From the human T2T-CHM13v2.0 reference genome, Homo sapiens, in NCBI RefSeq assembly GCF_009914755.1, contig NC_060930.1: DNA of 64,000 bases; one strand, 5' to 3'. Each line of letters begins with the position of its first letter. Position 1 is the stretch's first letter. The notes under the pieces were generated by a model. That model had not been told where the DNA came from, ran no database searches, and worked only from the letters and a program-made list of their open reading frames with translations. Made by a program: the position numbers and the translations under genes. Positions 52,816-64,000 of the stretch are shown one piece after another.

Positions 52816-53095
52816 CACTTTGTTATAAATTAGCCCCCATGGCAAAAAAACAAAACAAAACAAAAAAAAGGCAGGATAACCAGAAAAGTAATATTTTACA
52901 TTGAGGCTACGGGCTGTATACTATTGTGGATGCCAATAGTTGGAAAAACAGAATTGGCATTAATATTACCCTAAATGTCCTATCTTTAAGGCACACAAAA
53001 AGTCACTCTTGTTTACCCTTGTGTATCTACAAGAATAAAATCTTAAGAAACAAGAGTTGATGGTGGAAAAAGTCAAACCATTGTGATTTATTTAC

Positions 53096-53150
53096 CTTGT
53101 ATGACTCTCATGCAAACCTGCTTAATGTGCTGATCTGTCGGTGCTCTACC
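53096..53150 (-). CDS. COL9A1: COL9A1 exon, 55 nt, NC2 first part GRAPTDQHIKQVCMRVIQ(E)
   Basis: tcccag|GGT...CAA G|gtaaat; phase 0/1. Confidence 0.94.
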
Positions 53151-53350
53151 CTGGGACAGAAAAGAAAAAAAGGCAGTTTATGCATGAAACCATAAAGAGA
53201 ACATTGTTAAGTTGTAAACTGACAGACTCTGCAAGGAGCCAGGTGGCTGGATTTACAAGAGAACTTGTTGAGAAGCTGATGCCTAGAACAGCCCTGCTGC
53301 TGTGGGATGGAGTCTCCAAAGGGAAACCACAGAAGCTGCCCACCACTCAC

Positions 53351-53497
53351 CGGAGGGCCCTGGACACCAGGCAGGCCGGTGGCACCCTGTTCTCCCTGCA
53401 CACCCCGGGGTCCAGGTGGTCCTCTTGGTCCTTCCACTCCAGGAAGCCCCCGACTTCCCTCAGGCCCTCTCAAGCCAGGTTCCCCAGGATTACCTGC
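53351..53497 (-). CDS. COL9A1: COL9A1 exon, 147 nt, [16 protein letters not shown]...GVQGPP
   Basis: ttccag|GCA GGT...CCG|gtgagt; Ala plus 16 triplets. Confidence 0.95.
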
Positions 53498-53706
53498 CTG
53501 GAACACAATTGCACACTATCAAACCAGGGCTAAGCATAAAGAATGTGCCTGCTTCATACTCATATAAACACTTATATGAAATTTGCGGTTTCCTGCACTC
53601 TGCATCCTAACAGGTGTTCTTTCAGAGGTTACAAAACCTTCACTGCAAGGTGAAGACACATAATGCTACACAACTTACCCATCTTTTAGAAATCTAGTTC
53701 AAGTTA

Positions 53707-54081
<375 letters not shown>

Positions 54082-54389
54082 CTACATTTTTTAAAAACTA
54101 CATTCTTCATACTTTAAGCCACTCTCTAAGAGGAACTTAGTTTTCAATAAGCTTGTTAACATTTTCTGGCTACATAAAAGCCCCTGCATTCCTACAAAAT
54201 ATGTTACTTTGCATATCACAAATGCAGCAAGCATAAAATAAAGATATTTCCAAGAACATAAGTTATTTAGCCCTTACAACTTTTTTTTTTAGAGAATGTG
54301 AAGATGCCAGGTATATCCAGGAATTACTAAACTAAATCAATGCACTTAAAATACCACATTTAAAATGCTGCATTTAAAATACTTGACCA

Positions 54390-54669
54390 GGCCAGGTGCG
54401 GTGGCTCACGCCTGTAATCCCAGCACTTTGGGAGGCCCAGGTGGGCGGATCACGAGGTCAGGAGATCGAGACCATCCTGGCTAACACGGTGAAACCCCTT
54501 CTCTACTAAAAATACCAAAAATTAGCCGGCGTAGTGGTGGATGCCTGTAGTCCCAGCTACTCAGAAGGCTGAGGCAGGAGAAAGCCATGAACCCAGGAGG
54601 CAGAGTTTGCAGCCAGCCGAGATCGCACCACTGCACTCCAGCCTGGGTGACAGAGCGAGACTCCATCTC

Positions 54670-54697
<28 letters not shown>
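54390..54697 (+). mobile_element. AluY-like with long pure A tail
   Basis: gatcacgaggtcaggagatcgagaccatcctggctaacacgg; TSD acttgacca at 54381-54389 and 54698-54706. Confidence 0.97.
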
Positions 54698-54700
<3 letters not shown>

Positions 54701-55381
54701 TGACCAAAGAAAGTTACAACTTACTTAAGTATGAAGGAAGTTAAAAAATCTAAATATTGAAGAAGTTAAAAGTAAACCATGTGTTTCCTTAGCATAAAAG
54801 CAAATACAAGTTAGATTTTTTTTTAGCTGAAAGCAGACCACTAAAAGCATTTAAAAGAATCATCTAAGATAAATGTTTTAAAAAGAGACCAAATTAATTC
54901 ACTTTTTGTTAAACTAAAAATTTGTTAAATTCCTCTGGTAAAATTTGTGGCAGAATAGCTCCAATGTACTGCTGCTGTTCAGAATAAGAATGAGAAGATA
55001 AAAGAACACGAGGCAGCAAGGGAATGCTAGTGTTCAAGATATGAATGTTTATAAAGCAATTTAATCCTGCTTCTTTTTCATATGCATCATTTATCTAGAA
55101 AAAGCTGGCTCTTTCAAACAAATACTTTAAACTGAAGAAGGCGATGAAGCAATGCTTTTACTAGATACATCCAAATAAAGCTCAGCAAATGTGCTTTTCC
55201 AATTTCGCTTTATGCAAAAGAAATTGATATTCATCTAAGTCAACTTGCCAAAATTGCTTCTATGAAGAAATTATGGTTTAAAGACTTCCTGAAAGACTGT
55301 CAGCAGGACAAGGAAAAGGTATCCTACATAGAAGGCTGCAACATTGTCAGGTGCCTAGGGTGCAAAACTGTAACAACTTCT

Positions 55382-55678
<297 letters not shown>

Positions 55679-56329
55679 AACAACTTCTAAAAGAACCCAG
55701 AAGAGAAGACAAAATGAACTCAGAAATATACTGAAGAACTGACAGAAAACAAAGGAGACCACGACAGAGTGTATAATCCTGCTGATAATGACTGAAATAC
55801 TGCTACAGTAAGAGCTGGGAACTTCCTAATGAAGAGATTAAGGGCCAATATGGCCAGGACCCTGGGTCTCTGGGAAAAAATTCCTCAACTGAGGAGTGGT
55901 ATACTGAAACAGAAATCAGGTTACAGACATCGCCTACTTCACAACTTTGTCTATGCTGAAATCAATGAAGAAAGTGTAAGTCTTTGTGTTAGTAACAATT
56001 TCCCCTGATTGTGGGACAGTAGACTTCAATTTCACTCATATTACCTGGGCAGTGTCAGGTAAGACACTTGTGGGGAAGGAGATGAATCAAGAGCTAATTC
56101 CTAATACTATATGCAAATTTGAATGCAATTAACTTATTCTTGTCACTGCATGGTTCATTAACTTTTCTTTTGTTACAGCTTGAATTCTTTCTATTGAACA
56201 TTACTATTTCTAGATAGTGAAGTAGGATTTCTATTACCAAACTCAATCAAGGTTTACTCTAAATTTTTCTCAATCCTCAACCATTTCTGTTAAAAATTCT
56301 TAGGCATAAAAATGTTACTTGAAACTTGA

Positions 56330-56830
56330 GACATAGTGTTTAGAGGCAGGTAAGTTAATACGATGTAATAATATTCATCTCTGCGGTTTGCAAAGAGCCC
56401 AAGGCTAGGCATTGTAACCAAGTCTGACTGGGTCCTCCTGGAGAAAGTGAAGCTGAGGATAGATCGAAATGCTTAAGTAGGAAGTAGCTATTCCAAGGAA
56501 AGAGGAAGAGGAGACCAGAACAAGGTGTTAAACAGCATGTAAAAGAAACTGCAAATGGATGAAGTTCTAGGTATGTAGGAGATGAGGTTCGTGGAGCAAA
56601 GAACACTTCATCAAAGGCTTTGTTTACCTCGCTAAGAATCTGATTTTATTCTTAAAGAGTTTTAAACAGAGGAGGGATACACAGTGGGTTTTATTTTTTT
56701 AAAAAATCTAGATGACATTGGCTGCCATGAGGATAATATGCTGGACAGGGACAGAGAAGGGTTGAGGAGATTCCGGAAACAGGAAGGACTTGGAAACTTA
56801 TGGAAGCTGGCAGTAGTGGCATTTGAGATT
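56330..56830 (-). mobile_element. Degenerate L2 fragment
   Basis: cctcctggagaaagtgaagctgag...tattccaaggaaagagg...tgattttattcttaa purine-rich L2-like motifs. Confidence 0.45.
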
Positions 56831-57399
56831 GAGGTCTGAGCTTCATCTTTTCTCCTCAACCTTTCTTAAATTCCTAATTGTTTTAGATGTGAATTCCTTT
56901 CCAATTAGCAAGTCATCTCAGGTTTCCTACTAAGTGATTCTATAATTCTGAATACATCTAATCTCTAAGGACACCAGTTTAGTTTCTATAAAAATGACAA
57001 AAATGAACAAGATCGTTTTCTACTTCTAATAATTTGCTATTATATTTTCTTATGCATTATTCCTCTATCTTACTTCCCCAACTAGAACACATCAGAGATT
57101 AAGACAATTACTGAAATATTTTTCAATGGTATAACTGCCAATGAAATTTAGTTATACTGTTGACAACAAAAAACACAAGTCAGTTCTTTAAAAATGACCC
57201 ATTTGGAGAGGACATTAGAGTATTACCATGTAACACTCATTGAGTCATTTACAATATGAAAGAAAAAAAACACTTCCTTTCCAGTGGTTAGTTCAAAAGG
57301 TAAATCCATTTACACAGTGGTGAGGTATTTTTCTATTGGATTAATCCATTGCCTAAAGTACAAATTTAGACATTTATTTCCATGAAAGTAAGTCCTTTA

Positions 57400-57789
<390 letters not shown>

Positions 57790-57809
57790 TTACTATTCAC
57801 CATACTTAC

Positions 57810-57842
57810 AGATCCCTTTGGGCCAGGTAATCCTATATCTCC
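57810..57842 (-). CDS. COL9A1: COL9A1 exon, 33 nt, GDIGLPGPKGS
   Basis: atttag|GGA...TCT|gtaagt; ends part-way through a Gly-X-Y triplet (GS|A). Confidence 0.93.
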
Positions 57843-58613
57843 CTAAATCAATAAAAGAAATTTATGTTAGAACAATGTATTCACATTTGATAATTTCCTG
57901 AAAACACTTTAAAAGTTATTGTGCTACTAAAATACGGAAAACCATGAACAGATTAACTCCGGCACTGCAAAAAAATATTAGACTCCAATTTTGGATTCTA
58001 ATCTCAGTTCTACTTAACTCTGTGACCCTCTGTAAGCTATGTAGCCTCCCAGCCTTTGGCTAATTTATCTGTTAAATAAAAGGGTTGAATCAGAGCTTTC
58101 CAGGGTTTCATCCAGATCTCAAATGCTAGGTGTCAAGAATTAAAAATGTGGAAGGCAAAAGATATTAAAATAGCATTATCTTATAAAACACAAGAGACAT
58201 TTAGACCTGATGACTTCATTTTTGTAATTCAAACAATATTTAAAAGTCATCCCCAAAAGTCTACTAAACCAAATATGCCTGTTTTTATGCTTTAAAAAAT
58301 AAACATTGAAAATTTCCTACCACTAATGCTAGTTATAAACTCAGCTCATGTTGGCATATCAGCTTACCTCCACTACAAAACAATGATTTAAAACATCACG
58401 TTACCCTATAAAATGAACGATTTTAACAGAAAATGAAACTGGAATAATCCTCTTATGAATTTACTTAATAGTTGGGAAGCTTTGACTAATTTAGATGTTA
58501 TATTTATATTAGCTCTAAATCCTGAAAATATGAATAAAACATTTCTAGGATTTTTTTCCTGCCCTACAAGCTCTCTAAAACTGTTTTCTGAAAAATCTAT
58601 TACCCTACCCCAA

Positions 58614-58647
58614 AGGACCAAAACATAAGTTTCCACATTAGGTCACA
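58614..58647 (+). repeat. Exact 34-nt direct repeat, copy 1
   Basis: AGGACCAAAACATAAGTTTCCACATTAGGTCACA, identical at 60157-60190. Confidence 0.95.
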
Positions 58648-59149
58648 TTAGTTTGTGTCAAAACCATAATGATGAGCCTGCAAACCAAGCAGCTCCAGCA
58701 GTGGAGAGAACTTGTTCTCATTTGTATTCCTTTCCTGGAGATTAGGCAACAGCCTCCTCTGGAGATGGAGGTCACTTTTTCGGAGGGTTTTAGACTAAAG
58801 AGATTACCCTTGGTCAGATTTGTGAGTCACAGCTTTCTAACTATAATAAAACTTGAATATTGTTTTCATGATAGTGCACTATTATTCATAGACTTTCTAT
58901 AGTCATGTAAGAATCACCTTGAATGTCTAGACATAAAGCCACAGAGGATTCACCATCTGTAAGAGTACAATTTTATTCTCCAAAAGTTTAAAGCCAGATC
59001 TATCAATATGGCAATGTTTCCTCTCTGCTTTACTTGATCTTGGCTGCAATCTTGGGAGACTTTTGTTAGCTGATAGGAGAAACATCATAACCTTTAAAGA
59101 AGGCAGTGAGGATAACAGTGTCCAGAAAATAAGAATATATATATATATA

Positions 59150-59209
59150 TACCAATTTTGAACTGTGTTAGAAGTATATATATATACTTCTAACAGTTCA
59201 AAATTGGTA
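59150..59209. repeat. 60-nt near-perfect palindrome
   Basis: 30-nt perfect core 59166-59195 plus 14-bp outer arms with a 2-nt bulge. Confidence 0.95.
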
Positions 59210-59244
59210 AAGCTTCATCATTAACCAGAAAAAAAAAATCTTAC

Positions 59245-59289
59245 AAGTTCCCCCCTTTCTCCTGCTTCACCTTCTTCACCAGAGGCACC
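59245..59289 (-). CDS. COL9A1: COL9A1 exon, 45 nt, GASGEEGEAGERGEL
   Basis: ttttag|GGT...CTT|gtaaga. Confidence 0.94.
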
Positions 59290-59974
59290 CTAAAAATTAA
59301 GATAAAAGGTTACATTTTAAAATTCTTAGTCCCATTGCCCAATTTTAACCAGTAAACATTGATAAGCATTCATAAGTGCCCACAGTGTTCCCAGAATCAT
59401 GCAGAAATACAAAATGCTCTCAGCGGCTTTCCAATCTAGCTGTCAGTGGTTAGTCCCAATCAGAAAATAGCGGAGAGGAAAGCCAGAAGGTGAGGCTGAG
59501 TTTCAGCTAGAATGAAGGATAAATGACCATATTCAACAATTTTATAATTGGCCCTTGAAATAGGGAATCTACAGTAGAAAAAGGAACCCAGGGAAAGGAC
59601 TGAGTCTAATTCATATAAACAGTTTATTTGCTGAGGTCTTGATCAAGAAAAACCTAAGACATTCTAATGTGGCTGTGGAAGGCTCCATTGGATATGAATA
59701 AACCAATTCCGTGAACCAGAGACAGAGCCACGCTCTTCAAAGGAAAGACAGTGTGCAGTCCTGGAGCAGAGCCATCTTTAGCTCCAGCTTGTTAAAATAG
59801 TAAACAATGCTGCGGACCAAACTCAACACCAGGTTTCACTCACTATGAACACATTGAGAAAAACTGTTAGCCTTCATGGTTTTATTAACCCCCATAAACC
59901 AGCCATTCCCCCTTGCTTGTGAAATGGTGCATATCAAACATTGCATTTTATACCAATTAAATAATAAGACTGAC

Positions 59975-60010
59975 CTGTTCACCCTTTGGACCCGGTTCAC
60001 CGACTACACC
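59975..60010 (-). CDS. COL9A1: COL9A1 exon, 36 nt, GVVGEPGPKGEQ
   Basis: ttacag|GGT...CAG|gtcagt. Confidence 0.94.
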
Positions 60011-60156
60011 CTGTAATAAATAAAATATAATACTTTTTCAGTATTTTCAACTGTTTATATAATTTCAAGTGAACCTTATTGGGTGGGTGGATAAGCACAA
60101 GTACGGATAATGTGATGGGAGAGGACGTTCCCACTCCTCACCACCCAACAAGAATC

Positions 60157-60190
60157 AGGACCAAAACATAAGTTTCCACATTAGGTCACA
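60157..60190 (+). repeat. Exact 34-nt direct repeat, copy 2
   Basis: Identical to 58614-58647. Confidence 0.95.
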
Positions 60191-60519
60191 ATTTTCCAAG
60201 AGGCTCTGGAACTTGGGGCATTCTCTGATCACATCCTCATAAAATTTGACTAGTAGAAATGTAAATTGAGGGCTAAGTAGAAAGTGTGATTACAACGGAC
60301 ATTTTTACTTTTCTCAGCTTTTTTTCCTTCTGTTAAATTATATTAATAGACTTTTTGCTTCTTAATCTCAACTCTGAGTAATTTAAAATATCTTTCTTGA
60401 TAGCTGTTTATGATAAATTCTAGAAAATTCTCCACAGGGCCAAAAGCAAGCTTTGTTTCTCAACATGGTAGAAATCACCCTTCCAAATAAAGAACCTTCT
60501 GGAGTGCTGGAGCTCTTAC

Positions 60520-60591
60520 CCTGTCACCTTTCATTCCAGGAAGTCCAGGGGGCCCAGGCAAGCCAGGGAGGCCAGGGCTACCCAGAGAACC
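60520..60591 (-). CDS. COL9A1: COL9A1 exon, 72 nt, [24 protein letters not shown]
   Basis: ttccag|GGT...AGG|gtaaga. Confidence 0.95.
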
Positions 60592-61217
60592 CTGGAAAGC
60601 AAAAACAAAGTCCCCGGAGTTACTGTCACTGCAACACTGAAAGCACGGAAGGCAGAAACAACCTTGGGTGTGTTGACTTGTGTCTAAAATAAACGTGCTG
60701 TGGTTGGTTGAACTCTGCTTCTTGGGTTTGCCTCTCTTTCATATTCTCAGGAGAAGAGGGCGGGGCCAATGTTCTCCCAGCCTTCACTCCACCCTAAGGT
60801 CCTCAGTTCCCCTTGCACTCCTTGGCAACAGTAGGCTTTTTCAGTCAAGCCCCCGCCACCCCCGCACTGCCTGCAATGGCGCTGCTGCTCCTCTAGCTAT
60901 GTAAACAAGCACTGCACAGGAAGTAAAAGGCACCATTCACTCTGTTTTCTGCCATTCCAAGAACAACCAGAGGCCAAATGCAGCACTTCACATTTCACCA
61001 GGTTTAAAAATGGATGCTACAAACCACGCAGATTAAAATACCCTCTGAGGGTATCCTACCCATAATTTGAAATTTCCCCTTTACATTGTTCTCATATTCA
61101 CATAACAAGAGAAATCAAGTACAGGTAATTCAATTGTAAATTGTTTTCTCCTCTTGCTTATTTTTAAAAATGCATTGTGTTTCGTAGAAGGCAAATAAAC
61201 GAAACTTTTCTACTTAC

Positions 61218-61271
61218 CAGTTTACCTGGTAGGCCTGGGGATCCCACTGGTCCTAATTCTCCTCTACTGCC
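61218..61271 (-). CDS. COL9A1: COL9A1 exon, 54 nt, GSRGELGPVGSPGLPGKL
   Basis: ttacag|GGC...CTG|gtaagt on the minus strand. Confidence 0.95.
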
Positions 61272-62090
61272 CTGTAAAAACACAAACATTGTCAATTGGA
61301 TATTTTGCCAAAATTCAAATGCTTAGTTACTATGTAAATAAAATAACATCCTACCTAGGTTTTTTTCCTTCAGCTAAAGGCATAGGCCATCCTACATAGT
61401 GCCTACAGCATCCTGTGTTCATCTTGCATTGAATGATTCGAATGCTGTTTACTGTGATTACAGACGTTTAGAAATGATAGCTATGCATGTATATGAAATG
61501 GCAATTAGTCACTTTCAACATCTAAATCACATCCTAACTTTTATTATGGTTATTTGTGTCCATGTTTTAAGCCCTCACTTAGATTATGTGTTCTTAAGGT
61601 ATTGTTAAATATTAATTTGGAATTCTGCACAGTGCCTAGAACACAGAATAAATTCTCAGGTCTACAGAACATTTCAAAGCAACATCTGGCAAATGATCTT
61701 AAACCTCAACAGAGTGAAAAAAGAAACACATAATAGATATGTTTGCCTTTAAATTACTATTGCAACTTCAAAAAGACACAGATGGTAAAAATTTCTGAAG
61801 TTTCTGAAGTAAAAATTTTTTTCTTCTACTCATTTTTGTTCTAAACATATCTTAAAAGATTAAACAGACTTCAGAAAGTAGAACTTATAACGAAGATACA
61901 CCAAAAATAATTTTATTTTGTGAACCTACTTCAATTTTTTATTTGAAACTCTAAGCTTTCAAATTTTTATTTGAAATGCTAAGCTTTTCTAATCTATTGA
62001 GAAAAAGAAACACATGAACTTTTCAACTTTTTTCCCTGAGAACTTCATACAATTTTATGCAATCTGACAAAAGTTCATTTTATTTCCTAA

Positions 62091-62383
<293 letters not shown>

Positions 62384-63894
62384 AGCTCATTTTATTTCTA
62401 ATGCATGTTCAACTAAGCTGAACACTGACATTATTGGATAAATAATCACATTTCCTGGAAGGTGCATATAAAAATGAAAGGAGTCCTTTAAGTTAATTTT
62501 TCTGTAAAATGACATGACAGCTCCATATTAATGTTTAATATTTATAAATGCTTCTGATAAGATTATTCTGACTCGTGCTATTTATTCCTATTTAAGTTTA
62601 ACAAAGTGTAAAGATCCATAAACCTTCTGAATTTTGAATTTCTCTAAAGGATTAAGAACTGTTTGCCAGTTTACAACAATCTAGCAATTAATATTAGCAA
62701 TAATTTCATAGTAGTCATTTCATATGACTTATAGGTGATTTAAACTAAATGCTTTTAAACATTTTTCAACAACTTTATATAAACAACCTGTGTCTGGTAT
62801 ATGACTTTGGGATGATGCATTGGTCCTTAACCTCATGAGCAGTTTGGAAGCCAGAGGCAGTGCCCCATGAGGGTGGATACTGGGAGAATGTGAGTCTAGA
62901 TGAAAACCAGCCCCTGTGATAGATTCCTCTATCCATCTATAAATATAAAAATTGGGTTCTACCCCATCTTTACAACTTCAAAGTTCAAGACAGATTTTCC
63001 TCATCGTGTCTGCTCTGTTGGCATTTTGAAATAATTTCTCAAGTGCATCATGATTGACATCCTAAATATCACTGGGCTCACGTGACTTTAATTCACAGAA
63101 CAATTAATAGTAATTGGTGGGGAAAAGTTAATATCAGAAGGGGAAATCTCAGTTTTTGGCACATTCTCAAGTATTCATTTCTAAATAAATGAACCATTAT
63201 GCTATCTTATCCAAAATAAAGATGATTATTATACATTTTTTTCTCTTCCATAAACCAAAGGGCTAAATTAAAATAAGAGATTGTATAATCTTTGATTTAT
63301 TTGGGGGAGGATTAATTATCTTCCCAGTGAATAACAAAGATTTTCTCTGCTGGACTCTTATTTTCTCTGTCTTTTCTAAGTTCTTATTACAGTTTATAAG
63401 TGCTTTCCAACCAGTGGCAGACCCTTGGTAATATATATGAATGAACAGCTCAGAGACCCACATACACAGCCTGCTCTGCTGAACTTGTGTACCCATAAGA
63501 GTCCACCATATGTAGCACGGAGAGAAGGATCAGTAAAATTGTGAGCATTTACTCCCCTGTTACTGCACAAATGGACAGCATGTGGTTCCTCATTTTTATT
63601 TCACTTCCATCCTATAAATCCTTGGCCATTCTAAATGCAGGTAATTTTACAGAAATCACCTCACTGTGCAAAACAGTAATGTTTATTTTCCCAAGAGTGA
63701 CCAAACAGTTACAAACAAGGTGTTGGGGCGAGTTTCTGATGCCCATTCATGTGATTTCTTTGTCTTCTAAGAACATGCATACTCTTGCTCTAAGTTCTGG
63801 AATTTCATCTACTAAGCTAAGATGAACATAAATAATCAAGATATAAACAGTTATCTCTGAAAACATAGACTAAACACATTCCTCAGGGAGTAAT

Positions 63895-63990
63895 TAAGCA
63901 TGTGGGAGTTATTTATATCCTACTGCTGAAGGTCATCGCCAAGGTCTGATTGTAAAAATTCAAAAAATTGCAACCTCAGGCGTAAACGGG
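63895..63990 (+). mobile_element. Truncated MER85 (piggyBac/PGBD3-related MITE)
   Basis: taagcatgtgggagttatttatatcctactgctgaaggtcatcgccaaggtctgattgtaaaaattcaaaaaattgcaacctcaggcgtaaacggg followed by ttac (degenerate TTAA). Confidence 0.85.
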
Positions 63991-64000
63991 TTACCCATGG

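Overview
Primate (human-like) genomic DNA containing the 3' ends of two convergent (tail-to-tail) FACIT collagen genes. On the + strand are the last 7 coding exons of COL19A1 (3457-25833, ending ...GRCNPEDCLYPVSHAHQRTGGN*), followed by a roughly 5 kb or longer 3' UTR. On the - strand are the last 10 coding exons of COL9A1 (61271 down to 35456, ending ...[23 protein letters not shown]). All exon boundaries were read by hand from GT-AG sites and Gly-X-Y phase. The rest is AT-rich intron and UTR with 12 Alus, L1/HAL1/L2/L3/MIR relics, an MLT1 LTR, hAT MER elements, a truncated piggyBac-type MER85 and microsatellites. Almost all ORFs in the supplied track are spurious. I found no new gene system. 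The best leads are: (1) a candidate in-frame 15-nt microexon inside the COL19A1 NC2 trimerisation domain; (2) an exact 34-nt direct repeat bracketing two in-frame COL9A1 exons; (3) a 60-nt near-perfect palindrome beside a COL9A1 donor; (4) an 84-nt intronic hairpin; (5) inverted Alus flanking a 240-nt stop-free exon block (possible rolling-circle circRNA); (6) facing poly(A) signals between the two genes; (7) miR-29 sites in both UTRs. Repeat family names come from recalled consensus sequences and need confirmation with RepeatMasker or Dfam.
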